Shown: positions 49,498-59,350, numbered from the stretch's first letter. The stretch is 64,000 nucleotides of DNA from Candidatus Versatilivorator sp. (GCA_965207735.1 OZ242296.1:1216001-1280000), one strand, 5' to 3'. The notes: generated from the letters alone by a model not told the origin. Program-made: numbers and translations.

Positions 49498-50538
49498 ATC
49501 GATTCAACCTTACCGGCACAAACAGGTCTCAACCCTACGGCAGCCCAGCCTCGCAGGGTCATTCTCGATGCGGATCCGGGCATTGACGATGCCATGGCCA
49601 TCCTGTTGGCGGCCCAGTCCACGGAATTGCGAATCGAGGCGATTACCGTGGTCTCCGGAAACGTGCTGGTGGACCAGGGTGTGGAGAATGCGCTCAAGCT
49701 GGTCGAACTGGCCGGTCGGACCGATATTCCGGTAGCCGGGGGAGAAAAATACCCACTCCGGAAAAAGCTGATCACGGTCCCCATCGTGCACGGCGAGAAC
49801 GGTCTTGGCGAGACGGAACTACCTTCCCCGACCAAGACTGCCGAATCGCGTCACGCCGTAGATCTGATCATCGATCTGGTCCGCGCCCACCCGGGGCAAA
49901 TCACCCTGCTGCCCCTCGGGCCCTTGACCAATATCGCTCGGGTCCTGCTCAAGCGGCCGGACATCGCAGAGCAGATACCCGAGATCATCCTGATGGGTGG
50001 CTCCATCGAAGGAGGAAACGCCAGCCCTGCCGCCGAGGCCAATATCTACAACGACCCGGAGGCCGCCGAGATCGTCTTTCAGTCGGGCATTCCCATCACC
50101 ATGGTGGGGCTGGGCGCCACGCATCAAACCCTGTTGAAACGATCCCACACGGCCGCTCTCGCCGACAGTCGCTCGCCCATCGCGCGCTATGTCGCCCGAA
50201 TAGCCGATTTCTACCTCGCCTTCTCCGAGAGCATCGGCTTTGAGGGAGGCGCACTTCACGATCCGTTGGCAGTGGGTTTGGCTGTGGATTCGACCCTGGC
50301 CATAGAGAGTCGTCCCATGCAAATCGCGGTGGAGACCCAAGGGCGTTTAACTTACGGCGAAACGGTGGCCAATCGCTATCTGCTCAGGGAATCCGTAGAG
50401 GACGCGGGAGACCACTACGTTCTCACCGGGATCAAGCCCATAGAGTCCAATGCACAGGTTCCGACCCTGATCGACGCCGACCGATTCCTGCGATTTTTCG
50501 TGGACCGGATCGGTGCACCACCGCGGGTTGCAGTGTGA
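49498..50538 (+). CDS. Nucleoside hydrolase (IU-NH family); start codon atypical
   Basis: ILDADPGIDDA lies upstream of the first ATG (49594); GPLTNIA, EANIYNDPEAA and LHDPLA motifs. Confidence 0.85.
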   Translation: MDSTLPAQTGLNPTAAQPRRVILDADPGIDDAMAILLAAQSTELRIEAITVVSGNVLVDQGVENALKLVELAGRTDIPVAGGEKYPLRKKLITVPIVHGENGLGETELPSPTKTAESRHAVDLIIDLVRAHPGQITLLPLGPLTNIARVLLKRPDIAEQIPEIILMGGSIEGGNASPAAEANIYNDPEAAEIVFQSGIPITMVGLGATHQTLLKRSHTAALADSRSPIARYVARIADFYLAFSESIGFEGGALHDPLAVGLAVDSTLAIESRPMQIAVETQGRLTYGETVANRYLLRESVEDAGDHYVLTGIKPIESNAQVPTLIDADRFLRFFVDRIGAPPRVAV

Positions 50539-50609
50539 GGACCCGGTCGGGGTGAAGTGCAAACTATTTCGGGTGCGGCGAGCCACCCGGTTGTGGATCG
50601 GAGTTTTCC

Positions 50610-50858
50610 ATGTCAAAGACGGCAAGATTGTTCTGGTCCGGACGCTCTCAGGCCGTTCGCCTGCCGAAGGAATTCCGCATGGACGGCGAGGTAGTACGCA
50701 TCCGCAAGCAGGGAGCGTCGGTCGTCCTCGAGCCTGTTGCCACTGATTGGGCGTGGCTCGATGCCATCGAAGGGAAGCTCTCAAAGGATTTCTTGCCCGA
50801 AGGGCGCAAACAGCAGACGCATCAGTTCCGGCCTGCCCTGGATGCAGCCTTCGAGTGA
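50610..50858 (+). CDS. vapB: AbrB/MazE-type antitoxin
   Basis: TARLFWSGRSQAVRLPKEFR motif. Confidence 0.88.
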   Translation: MSKTARLFWSGRSQAVRLPKEFRMDGEVVRIRKQGASVVLEPVATDWAWLDAIEGKLSKDFLPEGRKQQTHQFRPALDAAFE

Positions 50859-50915
50859 TGCGCTATCTGCTCGACACGAACGCTTGCATTGGGTTACTGA
50901 ACGGCAAGCCACCCT
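50858..50915 (+). pseudogene. vapC: Truncated VapC toxin
   Basis: MRYLLDTNACIGLLNGKP is coupled to the vapB stop (TGATG); similarity is lost after about 18 codons. Confidence 0.7.
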
Positions 50916-51121
50916 CACCCTCATTTGTTGATCGGGTTCGAGCCTCGGGCTCAGGCAAGACAACGCCTTGCCTTGCATCCCGCGGCTTGAGTTTGGTTGG
51001 TGTTATCTGTCCAATAAATCGGGGGCGGTACAGCCAGAGGTCCAACTGATCGAGAGCGTCTTGCTGGTCGTTTTTGAGTTGCATTGCAAAGACTGGCAAA
51101 ATGACAGCGAACCGTCCCTTG

Positions 51122-51418
51122 TCATCTTCTTTGTCGCCACCTCCTTGGATGACGACTGCCATGGATAACGGCAAAGACTATGACCTGGTCATCCTCAACC
51201 CGAAAGTAGACTCCAAAAGGAAACCGACGAATCAAGGCGCGGCGGGCACGCCTATGGACCACAGGATAAATGGCCGGATTTTCTGAGATTGCATTGCAAA
51301 GGCTCCGAACCTCATCAAGAAATTCATCCCCTAGACCCGGGCGTTGCTTCTCATACCAGATTGCGGCCTCTTCGATATCCGTTTCCGCTTCCGGCCGAAA
51401 ATATACCCTGAGACTCAC
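51122..51418 (-). CDS. RelE/ParE family toxin
   Basis: FRPEAETDIEEAAIWYE, RRFPFGVYF and HGSRHP motifs. Confidence 0.88.
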   Translation of the reverse strand: MSLRVYFRPEAETDIEEAAIWYEKQRPGLGDEFLDEVRSLCNAISENPAIYPVVHRRARRALIRRFPFGVYFRVEDDQVIVFAVIHGSRHPRRWRQRR

Positions 51419-51624
51419 AACCGTCCTTTAATGGCCGCCAAGACCTCACTGGATTCGCGACCCTTAATGTTGTCAAATTCGTATGCATCCAAGCGCCGAT
51501 CGAGTTCAACTCGTTGTTCTTCGGTCAGCGGCAGGGCGACTTGGTCGGCAGCTATGCTGTCCCAAATATCCTCCACCAGTCGCAATTTTTCGCCTATCGA
51601 GAGAGTGCCCAGCCCAGTTTTCAT
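51415..51624 (-). CDS. Addiction module antitoxin (TIGR02574-type)
   Basis: EKLRLVEDIWDSI...ELDRRL; overlaps the toxin start. Confidence 0.87.
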   Translation of the reverse strand: MKTGLGTLSIGEKLRLVEDIWDSIAADQVALPLTEEQRVELDRRLDAYEFDNIKGRESSEVLAAIKGRL

Positions 51625-51953
51625 TTCAAGTTCCTCCTCAGTACTGTCCGGTTAAGCTTTCACGACTTTGGTGTAACAGGGGAAAGTAGGGGACGTTGTT
51701 GAATTGCTGGAATAACTGCGCTCAGCTTCCGCATCTTGCCTGACACGAGCAGGCACTCGACGCCCCGCCCATCCGGCCAAATGCATCCGTAGGCTCCACG
51801 ACGCTGCGACGCTGCATGAGTCCTGTTGGGGGTTCGAGCATTCTCAATATCGACAAGAAATTGAAAGACGGCCGGCCCAAACAATTCCACTAATTCAACA
51901 ACGTCCCCGGGGTTCTGTTTTGCCCGTGTGAACAACTTTCGCAGAATCCACAT

Positions 51954-52721
51954 CTACATGGAAACGCGCACAAAGTCCTTTTTGGCATACCCGCGAGTGC
52001 GGGCGCAGACTTCATGACCCTCGCGACTTCCCTCGTCGTTGGTGTTGCCCTCAATGGTTGCTAATGTCTCACCGCGGGCCTCAACCACAAAGCCGGTGTG
52101 TGTCCAGTCGGACGAGACCCGGCGGTTCAGGAAGACGGTGCCGGGTGGGAGCTTGTCCGCAGCATTTGATGGATTGATGTCGGCGGCAGCGACAAACAGG
52201 TTTCGGTCGCGACCGTAGGCAGCGAGATTATCGCACGAGTAAGTCCTCGGAAAAGGCAAGGGATGTTTTGCTTCGGCGCTCGCCTGGCGGATCACAAACG
52301 ACACGAACCCCGCGCACCAAGGCCACTCGCTGCCCTCGTGACCGTTCATGTAAAGGCGCACCCAGGGTCCGCGGTTTGTCCCGCCAATCTCGCGTGGGTG
52401 CTCTTGCAGGTGCCTGTGGGCGATAGCAGCGACGACCCCGCCGAACTCGTCCGTCCCACCTCCGGGGTCGTCAAGTGCGCGCCGCATGGGCTCGCTAAGC
52501 TTTTCGAAAATCGTTTGGTCAACCTCACCCTCAAATGTCAGCTCTTGCGCCATACAGAATTGCTGAACAGCAGCCTCCGTGGCGGGACCGAACACCCCGT
52601 CGACGGCGACCGCGTGCCCGTTCAGGCACAGCCACTCCTGCACGCGACGTGAAGCCTTGCCACGCGCACCTCGCGCGACCGCCCTAGAAAAAGCAAGTTC
52701 CTTCGTTTTGTGGACAATCAT
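51954..52721 (-). CDS. Peptidoglycan-binding plus CHAP domain hydrolase
   Basis: VDGVFGPATEAAVQQF (PG_binding_1); PWCAGFV, HTGFV and TIEGNT (CHAP). Confidence 0.85.
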   Translation of the reverse strand: MIVHKTKELAFSRAVARGARGKASRRVQEWLCLNGHAVAVDGVFGPATEAAVQQFCMAQELTFEGEVDQTIFEKLSEPMRRALDDPGGGTDEFGGVVAAIAHRHLQEHPREIGGTNRGPWVRLYMNGHEGSEWPWCAGFVSFVIRQASAEAKHPLPFPRTYSCDNLAAYGRDRNLFVAAADINPSNAADKLPPGTVFLNRRVSSDWTHTGFVVEARGETLATIEGNTNDEGSREGHEVCARTRGYAKKDFVRVSM

Positions 52722-52854
52722 TACTCACCTCACCCACGGTAACAACCGTTGCCTGCGTCCGGATCGCGCCAATTCTCCTCGCCGTTCAGGACCGGAGCCT
52801 CTTTACCTCTACTGTAGAGTTTGGGATTTCTCTAGGGAAGAGAAGTCAAGAAAC

Positions 52855-53235
52855 CTATTTTATGGCGGCCGCTGCAGCAGCGTCCTTGATTTTCCTGGCG
52901 CGCTTCAGGAACTTGTAGATTCCTGTACTCCCACCCGCCAGGAAGAGTCCGGTCAATACCATCGAAAGGAAATCCCCGTGCTCCCTACCAAGGACGACCG
53001 CGATAAAATCCACTTGCAGGCGAAAAGCAATTGTCACGGAGATGGCCACAGAAATCCAGGGCTTCAGGTCCAGATAGTCGCCACCCGCCTGCTCGTCCAA
53101 TTTTTCTTCGATGACTCGCCAGAATTTTGAATCGAAGATCTGATACAGTGATCTTTCGATCGTCAGTGCCAGCAGTGCGAACGCCACAAGCACACCGATG
53201 AGGTTTTCCCAATAGTTTGCAGCAATTTCGATCAT
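52855..53235 (-). CDS. Small 3-TM membrane protein, holin-like
   Basis: About 126 aa; three hydrophobic helices; VLTGLFLAGGS; basic C-terminal tail. Confidence 0.6.
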   Translation of the reverse strand: MIEIAANYWENLIGVLVAFALLALTIERSLYQIFDSKFWRVIEEKLDEQAGGDYLDLKPWISVAISVTIAFRLQVDFIAVVLGREHGDFLSMVLTGLFLAGGSTGIYKFLKRARKIKDAAAAAAIK

Positions 53236-53677
53236 CTCTCCGCCTCCGGTTTGCAACCTGCCGATTCCTCTTCCTGTAACCTCGTCCCCACAACTGGGAC
53301 CAAGCTTTGCCCCGTCCGTTCAAAGAGTCCGCCTCTATAAAGGCTACCATCACTTGGCGAATGCCGAATCGAGTCTTTGGAGCGTCGGCTTTGGATACGG
53401 TGTCACTCCACTTCTCCGCTACCATATCCCTCCTTGGGAATGCTCTCCGGCCGAAGCCGACCTCCCTCAAACGTTTTTGCTTTGAATTGCCGAGACGAGC
53501 CCGACGGATGGTAATATCCGAGAGGGGTGGGTTCGGGACGATGCCTTGCCGTAACCGACCGGCCGTCAATTACCCCCGGCTGTCAGGCGCGAGGGTTAGG
53601 CAGGGTTGGACGGCACAAGATTTAGGGGAATGATAATAAGGGACTAATGGAATCGGTGGACTTTGTTGGATGGAGTC

Positions 53678-53753
53678 TGGTGGACGAGAAGGGGATCGAA
53701 CCCTCGACCTCGGCGTTGCGAACGCCGCGCTCTCCCATCTGAGCTACTCGCCC
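53678..53753 (-). tRNA. tRNA-Ala (anticodon CGC)
   Basis: 76-nt cloverleaf GGGCGAGTAGCTCAG...GGTTCGATCCC...TCCACCA; G3:U70 pair; anticodon loop TTCGCAA. Confidence 0.97.
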
Positions 53754-53999
53754 AGGCTGAACGGGTCTGTTTAGCATCTTGGCCCAAAATGAGTCAAGCC
53801 ATTTAGGCGCGGAAGGTGGCCCGCCGGCCAGCCGTCTGTCTGTCGCCTGCAGGTGAAAATCCCGACCACTCGGCAGGCTTCGCTTCCGGTTCCTGCAGGA
53901 ATCCCTGCCATGCTCCTTGTTGAATTGGTCCAGAATGGGTAGACCTCTGCCCTGGAGATGCCCGGATAAGCCGCCGACACCTGCCGTGAACTCCCATTT

Positions 54000-54686
54000 A
54001 TGAAATTTCTCCTCACCAACGATGACGGCTACGATGCCCCTGGACTGCAGGCGCTGCTGGAGGCCGCCGCGGGTCTGGGGGAATGCGTGGTGGTGGCGCC
54101 CAGCGAACCGCTGTCGGGCTGCAGCCACCGGGTCACCACACATGAGGCCATGCGGGTGGAGGGCCGCGGCCCCTCACGCTACAGCCTTGCGGGAACCCCC
54201 GCCGACTGTGTCCGTATCGGCCTGCGCCAACTGGCGGCCGATGTGGACTGGGTCCTTTCGGGAATCAATCAGGGAGGAAACCTGGGGGCGGATGTCTTCT
54301 ATTCCGGCACGGTGGCGGCCGTGCGGGAAGGCGTGCTGGAGGGTGTGCCGGGAATCGCCGTTTCCCAGTACAGCAAGAAGGACCTTCCCATCGACTGGAC
54401 CCGCTCCGCCCGATGGGTTCAGCCCTTGCTGGAAGAGCTGCTGCAGGCTCCCCGGTCGGCCGGGAGCTTCTGGAACATCAATCTGCCCCACCTGGGGCCC
54501 GGAAGCCCCGATCCCCCGACCGTCTGCTGCCCCCTGGACCTTTCCCCCCTTCCGGTCACTTTTCGAAAGGAAGCGGGCGGATTTCTCTACGCCGGAAACT
54601 ACCACCAGAGGCGGTACGCTGCCGGAACGGACGTGGACGTCTGTTTTCGGGGGGAAATCGCCGTCACACGGGTTCGGCTTGGCTGA
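54000..54686 (+). CDS. surE: 5'/3'-nucleotidase SurE
   Basis: LLTNDDG, GTPADCV and SGINQGGNLG...YSGTV motifs. Confidence 0.95.
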   Translation: MKFLLTNDDGYDAPGLQALLEAAAGLGECVVVAPSEPLSGCSHRVTTHEAMRVEGRGPSRYSLAGTPADCVRIGLRQLAADVDWVLSGINQGGNLGADVFYSGTVAAVREGVLEGVPGIAVSQYSKKDLPIDWTRSARWVQPLLEELLQAPRSAGSFWNINLPHLGPGSPDPPTVCCPLDLSPLPVTFRKEAGGFLYAGNYHQRRYAAGTDVDVCFRGEIAVTRVRLG

Positions 54687-54695
54687 GCTGTTGCC

Positions 54696-55196
54696 TCAGG
54701 GGACCGCGGAGCCGGAACCGGCTTCCCTGCTCCCTTCGAGACGCCGGTCGGCCCTCCCGGAGGCCAGGTAGCGCTTGGCGCAGGACTGCACCATGGAGAC
54801 CATGCCCATCAACCCCATGCTCTTCCCCATGGAGAGGTCCTTGCCGAAGATCCGGTAGACCAACTCACCGGGCACCTGGGCCAGGCTGGAGGCCGACTCC
54901 CCGGACAGGGTCTCGTCCAGAATGACGGCCATGCACTTGGCCGAGATCCCCTGGGGGTTCTCGACGGCGAAATGGAACTTCAGGGCCTGGCTGGGGAGCT
55001 CTTCGCACCAGACGTAGGCCTCCGACTCGCAAGCCGGCGTCAGGTGCGATTTGGGAAAGGGACGGGTGGCAATGAATTCCGGAACCGCCTTGAACCGGGA
55101 GGCGATGTCGATGAGCATCTGGATGCGCTCGTCGCGGTCGCCCGCCAGGTCCAGGTATTCCAGCAACATCGCCAGTCTTTCCGGGTATGGGTCCAT
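54696..55196 (-). CDS. sufE: SufE family sulfur acceptor
   Basis: PACESEAY conserved Cys; downstream of a rhodanese. Confidence 0.8.
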   Translation of the reverse strand: MDPYPERLAMLLEYLDLAGDRDERIQMLIDIASRFKAVPEFIATRPFPKSHLTPACESEAYVWCEELPSQALKFHFAVENPQGISAKCMAVILDETLSGESASSLAQVPGELVYRIFGKDLSMGKSMGLMGMVSMVQSCAKRYLASGRADRRLEGSREAGSGSAVP

Positions 55197-55255
55197 GATC
55201 ACCGAAGCACAACCTTGCGTTCCGCGACTGCGCCTGCCTTGCCGGGAATCGCGTC

Positions 55256-56119
55256 TTATGGCCTTTCGATGGGCACGTTGACCAGGTTGCCCCATTCCGT
55301 CCAGCTCCCGTCATAGTTTCTGACTTGCTGGAAACCGAGCAGATAGGTCAGAACGAACCAGGTGTGGCTGCTGCGCTCCCCGATCCGGCAATAGGCCACG
55401 ATATCGTCGCCGGGCTGCAGGTTGTTTTCCCCGGTGTAGATGGCTCGCAGCTCATCGGCGGACTTGAAGCTGCCGTCCTCGTTGGCCGCGCGAGCCCAGG
55501 GAATGTTGGCGGCTCTCGGAATGTGTCCCCCGCGCAGGGCGCCTTCGTTGGGGTAGGCCTCCATGTGCAGCCGCTCGCCTGTATATTCCGCCGGGCTTCT
55601 CACATCCACCAGGGGTCTGCCGGCCTGGACATGATCGAGCACCTGGTCTCGAAAGACACGAACCTTGCTGTCGTCCCTTTCCGGGGCCTGATAGTCGCTG
55701 GAGGGATAGTCGGCAGCCTCGGTCACCAGCGGCCGCCCCTCGTTTTGCCATTTCAGGCGCCCCCCATCCATGATCTTGGCATTGGTATGCCCGAACAACT
55801 GGAACACCCAGAAGGCGTAGCAGGCCCACCAGTTGCTCTTGTCGCCATACAGCACCACCGTCGTCTCCCGGGTGGCCCCGATCCGCCTCATCAGGGCTTC
55901 AAACCCCGACCTGTCGAGATAGTCGCGGCGCAGGGGATGGTTCAGGTCGCGGGTCCAATCGACTTCCACGGCGCCCGGGATGTGACCGGAGGCATAGAGC
56001 AGCGGATCCTCGTTGGATTCGGCAAATCTGAGATTGGAATCGTTCAGATGCTGAGACACCCACTCTGTCGACACCAGGGCGTCCGTACTGGCGTATCCTC
56101 GTTCTTCAATGGCACTCAT
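55256..56119 (-). CDS. Two-domain rhodanese (thiosulfate sulfurtransferase, SseA/CysA-type)
   Basis: [15 protein letters not shown] and YDGSWTEW motifs. Confidence 0.95.
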   Translation of the reverse strand: MSAIEERGYASTDALVSTEWVSQHLNDSNLRFAESNEDPLLYASGHIPGAVEVDWTRDLNHPLRRDYLDRSGFEALMRRIGATRETTVVLYGDKSNWWACYAFWVFQLFGHTNAKIMDGGRLKWQNEGRPLVTEAADYPSSDYQAPERDDSKVRVFRDQVLDHVQAGRPLVDVRSPAEYTGERLHMEAYPNEGALRGGHIPRAANIPWARAANEDGSFKSADELRAIYTGENNLQPGDDIVAYCRIGERSSHTWFVLTYLLGFQQVRNYDGSWTEWGNLVNVPIERP

Positions 56120-56221
56120 AAAGCGTCCCTCCTTGTAAGGTTTAGCAGAGTTATACCATAGACTTCGCCGGTCGTCTTTCGATCCGCCCCTCCCCGGGAC
56201 CGAATCGCCCCCGAGGCGGTC

Positions 56222-58039
56222 TCACCAACCCAGCGGCTGGCCCTTGTTCTGTTCATCCAGCCACTCCCGGAGCGGGGCAAAGTAATCCAGAATAGCGGTG
56301 GCATCCATCTCCCGCTCTCCGGTCAGCGCCTCCAGCGCCTCCGGCCAGGGCCGGCTGATCCCCATGGCGAGCATGGCACGCAGGCGTTTTCCGGCAGGCT
56401 CGCTTCCATAAATGGAGCATCGATGGAGGCTGTCTTCACAGCCGGCTTCCCCGGCCAGGGCTCGATGGAACTGAAACTGCAGGATCTGGGCCAGAAAGTA
56501 CCGCGTATAGGGCACGTTGGCCGGCACGTGGTACTTGGCGCCCGGATCGAAATCGCTTTCGTCGCGAGCCACGGGAGGCGCGATGCCCTGGTACCTGCCT
56601 CTCAATTCCCACCAGGCCTCATTGTAGCGGTCAGGCGGAATCTCACCGGAGACTACCTTCCAGCGCCATTGGTCCACCAGCAGGCCGAAAGGAAGGAAGG
56701 CAATCTTGTCCAGCGCCTGGCGCAGCAACAGCCCCAGATCCTTGGAAGGCGGGGGAACCTTGTTCAGCAGCCCCAGTCTTGCCAGGTAGGCCGGCGTGAT
56801 CGAGAGCGCGATGGTGTCCCCCACCGCCTCGTGGAATCCGTCGTTGGCGCTTTCCCGGAAGAGGACCGGCTGCTGGTTGTAGGCTCTCTGATAGTAGTTG
56901 TGACCCAACTCGTGATGGATCACGTTGAAATCCTCGGCGGTGATGTCGATGCACATCTTGATGCGCAAGTCCTCGCGCGAATCGAGGTTCCAGGCACTGG
57001 CATGGCAGACGACGTCCCGGTCGACGGGTTTTTCGAACAGAGATCGATCCCAGAAGCTTTGCGGCAGGGGGGCGAAACCGAGCGAACTGAAGAAGCCCTC
57101 CCCGTAGGAAACCATTTGCCGCGGGGTCGTCTTGCGAGACTGAAGAATCCGGGTGAGATCGAAGCCCGGATCGGTTTCCCGCGGCGCAACCAGCGGATAG
57201 ACGTTGGACCAGGTCTGCGCCCACATGTTACCCAAGAGATGGGCCGGTATGGGGCCGTCGGCGGGAACCACCTCCGGCCCGTAATGGGCTCGCAGCCGCT
57301 GTCTCACGTAGGCATGCAGCGAGAGATAAAAGGGCCGCACCTGCTCCCACAGGCGGTCCAACTCCTGCCGGAAGGACTCGGGGGACATGTCGTACTTGGC
57401 CCGCCACATGGCTCCGGTATCCGAGAACCCCAAGCTGCGGGCTCCCTGGTTGGCCAGTTCCACGTATCGCTGAAAGTCCTTTCGCATGGGAGGGGCAATG
57501 CTTCTCCAGCCAATCCAGGCTTCTTGCAGGATTTCCGGATCCCGGCTGGCGGCCATGATCCGGGAGAGTTCCTGCAGGTCTCGACATTCCTCGCCGGCCT
57601 TGCCGCAAACCTTCCCTTTGCCGTACCGGGATTCCATCGACGTCACCAGCCGGGTGAGTTCCTCGCTGGCCTTGGGATCGGGAGGGGCGGCCAGCGTCAG
57701 CGACAATCGAAGCAGTTCCAGTTTCCTTGCCACCTCCCGCGGCAGATCGGCCGTTTCGAAGCCCGCGGACTCCTTGGCCAGTCTGGCGGTGGCCTCAATG
57801 GCCCGATTGCTGGCCAATGCAGCCAGAGTCTGAGTGTCCCCGGTGATGTAGGTCGACCGGACCCAACTGGCGCGGGCGGCCTCGGTCCACAGCGCCAGCA
57901 GTTGCTCTTCCGCTTGGCGCACGAACTCCTCGGCCTCGGACGCGGCGGACTCGGCCTCCTCCGGCGATCCCGCCTGCGCCGACGACACGCCGGACGCAAG
58001 GGCCATGAAGACCCCAATGAAAATCTTCCATCTCCTCAA
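56222..58039 (-). CDS. M2 family peptidyl-dipeptidase (ACE-like)
   Basis: HHELGH, GFHEAVGD, HLLGNMWAQ and FDPGAKYHV motifs; TTG start with GGAGG upstream; signal peptide. Confidence 0.93.
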   Translation of the reverse strand: MRRWKIFIGVFMALASGVSSAQAGSPEEAESAASEAEEFVRQAEEQLLALWTEAARASWVRSTYITGDTQTLAALASNRAIEATARLAKESAGFETADLPREVARKLELLRLSLTLAAPPDPKASEELTRLVTSMESRYGKGKVCGKAGEECRDLQELSRIMAASRDPEILQEAWIGWRSIAPPMRKDFQRYVELANQGARSLGFSDTGAMWRAKYDMSPESFRQELDRLWEQVRPFYLSLHAYVRQRLRAHYGPEVVPADGPIPAHLLGNMWAQTWSNVYPLVAPRETDPGFDLTRILQSRKTTPRQMVSYGEGFFSSLGFAPLPQSFWDRSLFEKPVDRDVVCHASAWNLDSREDLRIKMCIDITAEDFNVIHHELGHNYYQRAYNQQPVLFRESANDGFHEAVGDTIALSITPAYLARLGLLNKVPPPSKDLGLLLRQALDKIAFLPFGLLVDQWRWKVVSGEIPPDRYNEAWWELRGRYQGIAPPVARDESDFDPGAKYHVPANVPYTRYFLAQILQFQFHRALAGEAGCEDSLHRCSIYGSEPAGKRLRAMLAMGISRPWPEALEALTGEREMDATAILDYFAPLREWLDEQNKGQPLGW

Positions 58040-58234
58040 GGGAGACCTCCTTCTCCTGCCGCTCCGACCGGAGGGCCCACTCAGTTTATAGTCTGGTTTC
58101 GCCTCCCTCAATGTTTTTATTTTCAATGGATTTGCCGGGTAGCGGTCCCATTGCGGCAAATTGGAAGCGCCTTTCCGGATTGCACGGCGTTGCCAAAACG
58201 ACGATCCCGAGAAGTCACTGACCCTCACGTACAT

Positions 58235-58350
58235 GGCGCCGCGTTGGCCCCCCTCCGGCTCGACTGCGGGCTTCGCCCTTGTCTCGCCGACTCCCCCTCA
58301 AGGGGGGAGTGATACTTGAGGCCTGCACAAGGCGCCTTGCCCGATTCCTG
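58235..58350. repeat. Solo copy of family B
   Basis: GCCCCCCTCCGGCTCGAC...ACTCCCCCTCAAGGGGGGAGTGATACTTGAGGC, as at 31113-32145. Confidence 0.9.
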
Positions 58351-58395
58351 GGCATGATGTAAATGATGTTTGCGGTTTTTTTTGTGGACGATGCC

Positions 58396-58606
58396 CACCC
58401 GGGAGCGCGGGCGTCCCGCCCGCACAATGCCTGGCACAGCCTCTGCCATCTCCGCCGCTCGGACCGACCCGGAACAGCGCCGTGGGTCTCCTTAGTCCTG
58501 GCCGTTGAGGTTCACGCCGACCCGGTGGCTGCCTGCAGCATCACCTTCAAGTTTAGCGGCAGCCAAAGGCATAAGGATGCGGGCGGGACGCCCGCGTTCC
58601 CGGGTG
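58396..58606. repeat. REP doublet, family D (inverted 29-bp pair)
   Basis: 58396-58424 matches the reverse complement of 58578-58606 at 28/29 positions. Confidence 0.88.
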
Positions 58607-58716
58607 TTACCCCTCGCATCAATTGCTCCTTGTGCTTCCGGAGCCGGCCAAATAAACTGGTAGGTGGGGGTTGAAGGTCCAGGGCGCCGTCGCCATGCCC
58701 GGCCGAAAGGTGAGCC

Positions 58717-59292
58717 ATGCGAGGGTTCAACATCTTCGTCGTCACGATGGCTTTGTCCCTTGGGGCCGGATCGATCGGCTGCAGGGGCGAGGCCGGTTCG
58801 AAACAGGCCGCACCGCTTTCGAAGGCTGCTCCGTCCGACAGCGGCGGTCCCCCCGCAACCATCAGCATTTTTTCGGTAGAGAAGGGAGAGTTGGTCATGG
58901 TGAACAAGGTAGTCAAGTCCGAGGAGGAGTGGCGCAATCAGCTCACGCCCCTCCAATACAACGTGACCCGGAAGAAAGGGACCGAGCTCGCCTTCAGCGG
59001 CAAGCACAATTTTTCCAAGGAGCCCGGCATCTACCAGTGCGTCTGCTGCGGCACCGATCTGTTCACCTCCGACACCAAGTATGACTCGGGAACCGGTTGG
59101 CCCAGCTTCTGGGAGCCCATTGCTGCAGAGAACATCCGCACCGAAGCCGACAGGGCCTATGGCATGGTCAGAACGGAAGTCCTGTGCAATCGCTGCGACG
59201 CCCACCTGGGGCACCTGTTCAACGATGGACCCCAACCGACCGGCCTGCGTTACTGCATGAATTCGGCCGCTCTCAATCTCAAGAAGAAATAG
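58717..59292 (+). CDS. msrB: Methionine-R-sulfoxide reductase (exported)
   Basis: [14 protein letters not shown] and RYCMNS motifs; N-terminal signal. Confidence 0.95.
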   Translation: MRGFNIFVVTMALSLGAGSIGCRGEAGSKQAAPLSKAAPSDSGGPPATISIFSVEKGELVMVNKVVKSEEEWRNQLTPLQYNVTRKKGTELAFSGKHNFSKEPGIYQCVCCGTDLFTSDTKYDSGTGWPSFWEPIAAENIRTEADRAYGMVRTEVLCNRCDAHLGHLFNDGPQPTGLRYCMNSAALNLKKK

Positions 59293-59350
59293 GGAGAGGC
59301 GCTCGAACGCCCGATGAAGGCGGCCTTCCTGCCCGATCCGATTCTCCTCG

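Noticed and set aside
50500-51100. attL/attR duplication of the tRNA-Ala 3' end
   Set aside because: No copy of TGGTGGACGAGAA found by eye at the far side of the islet.
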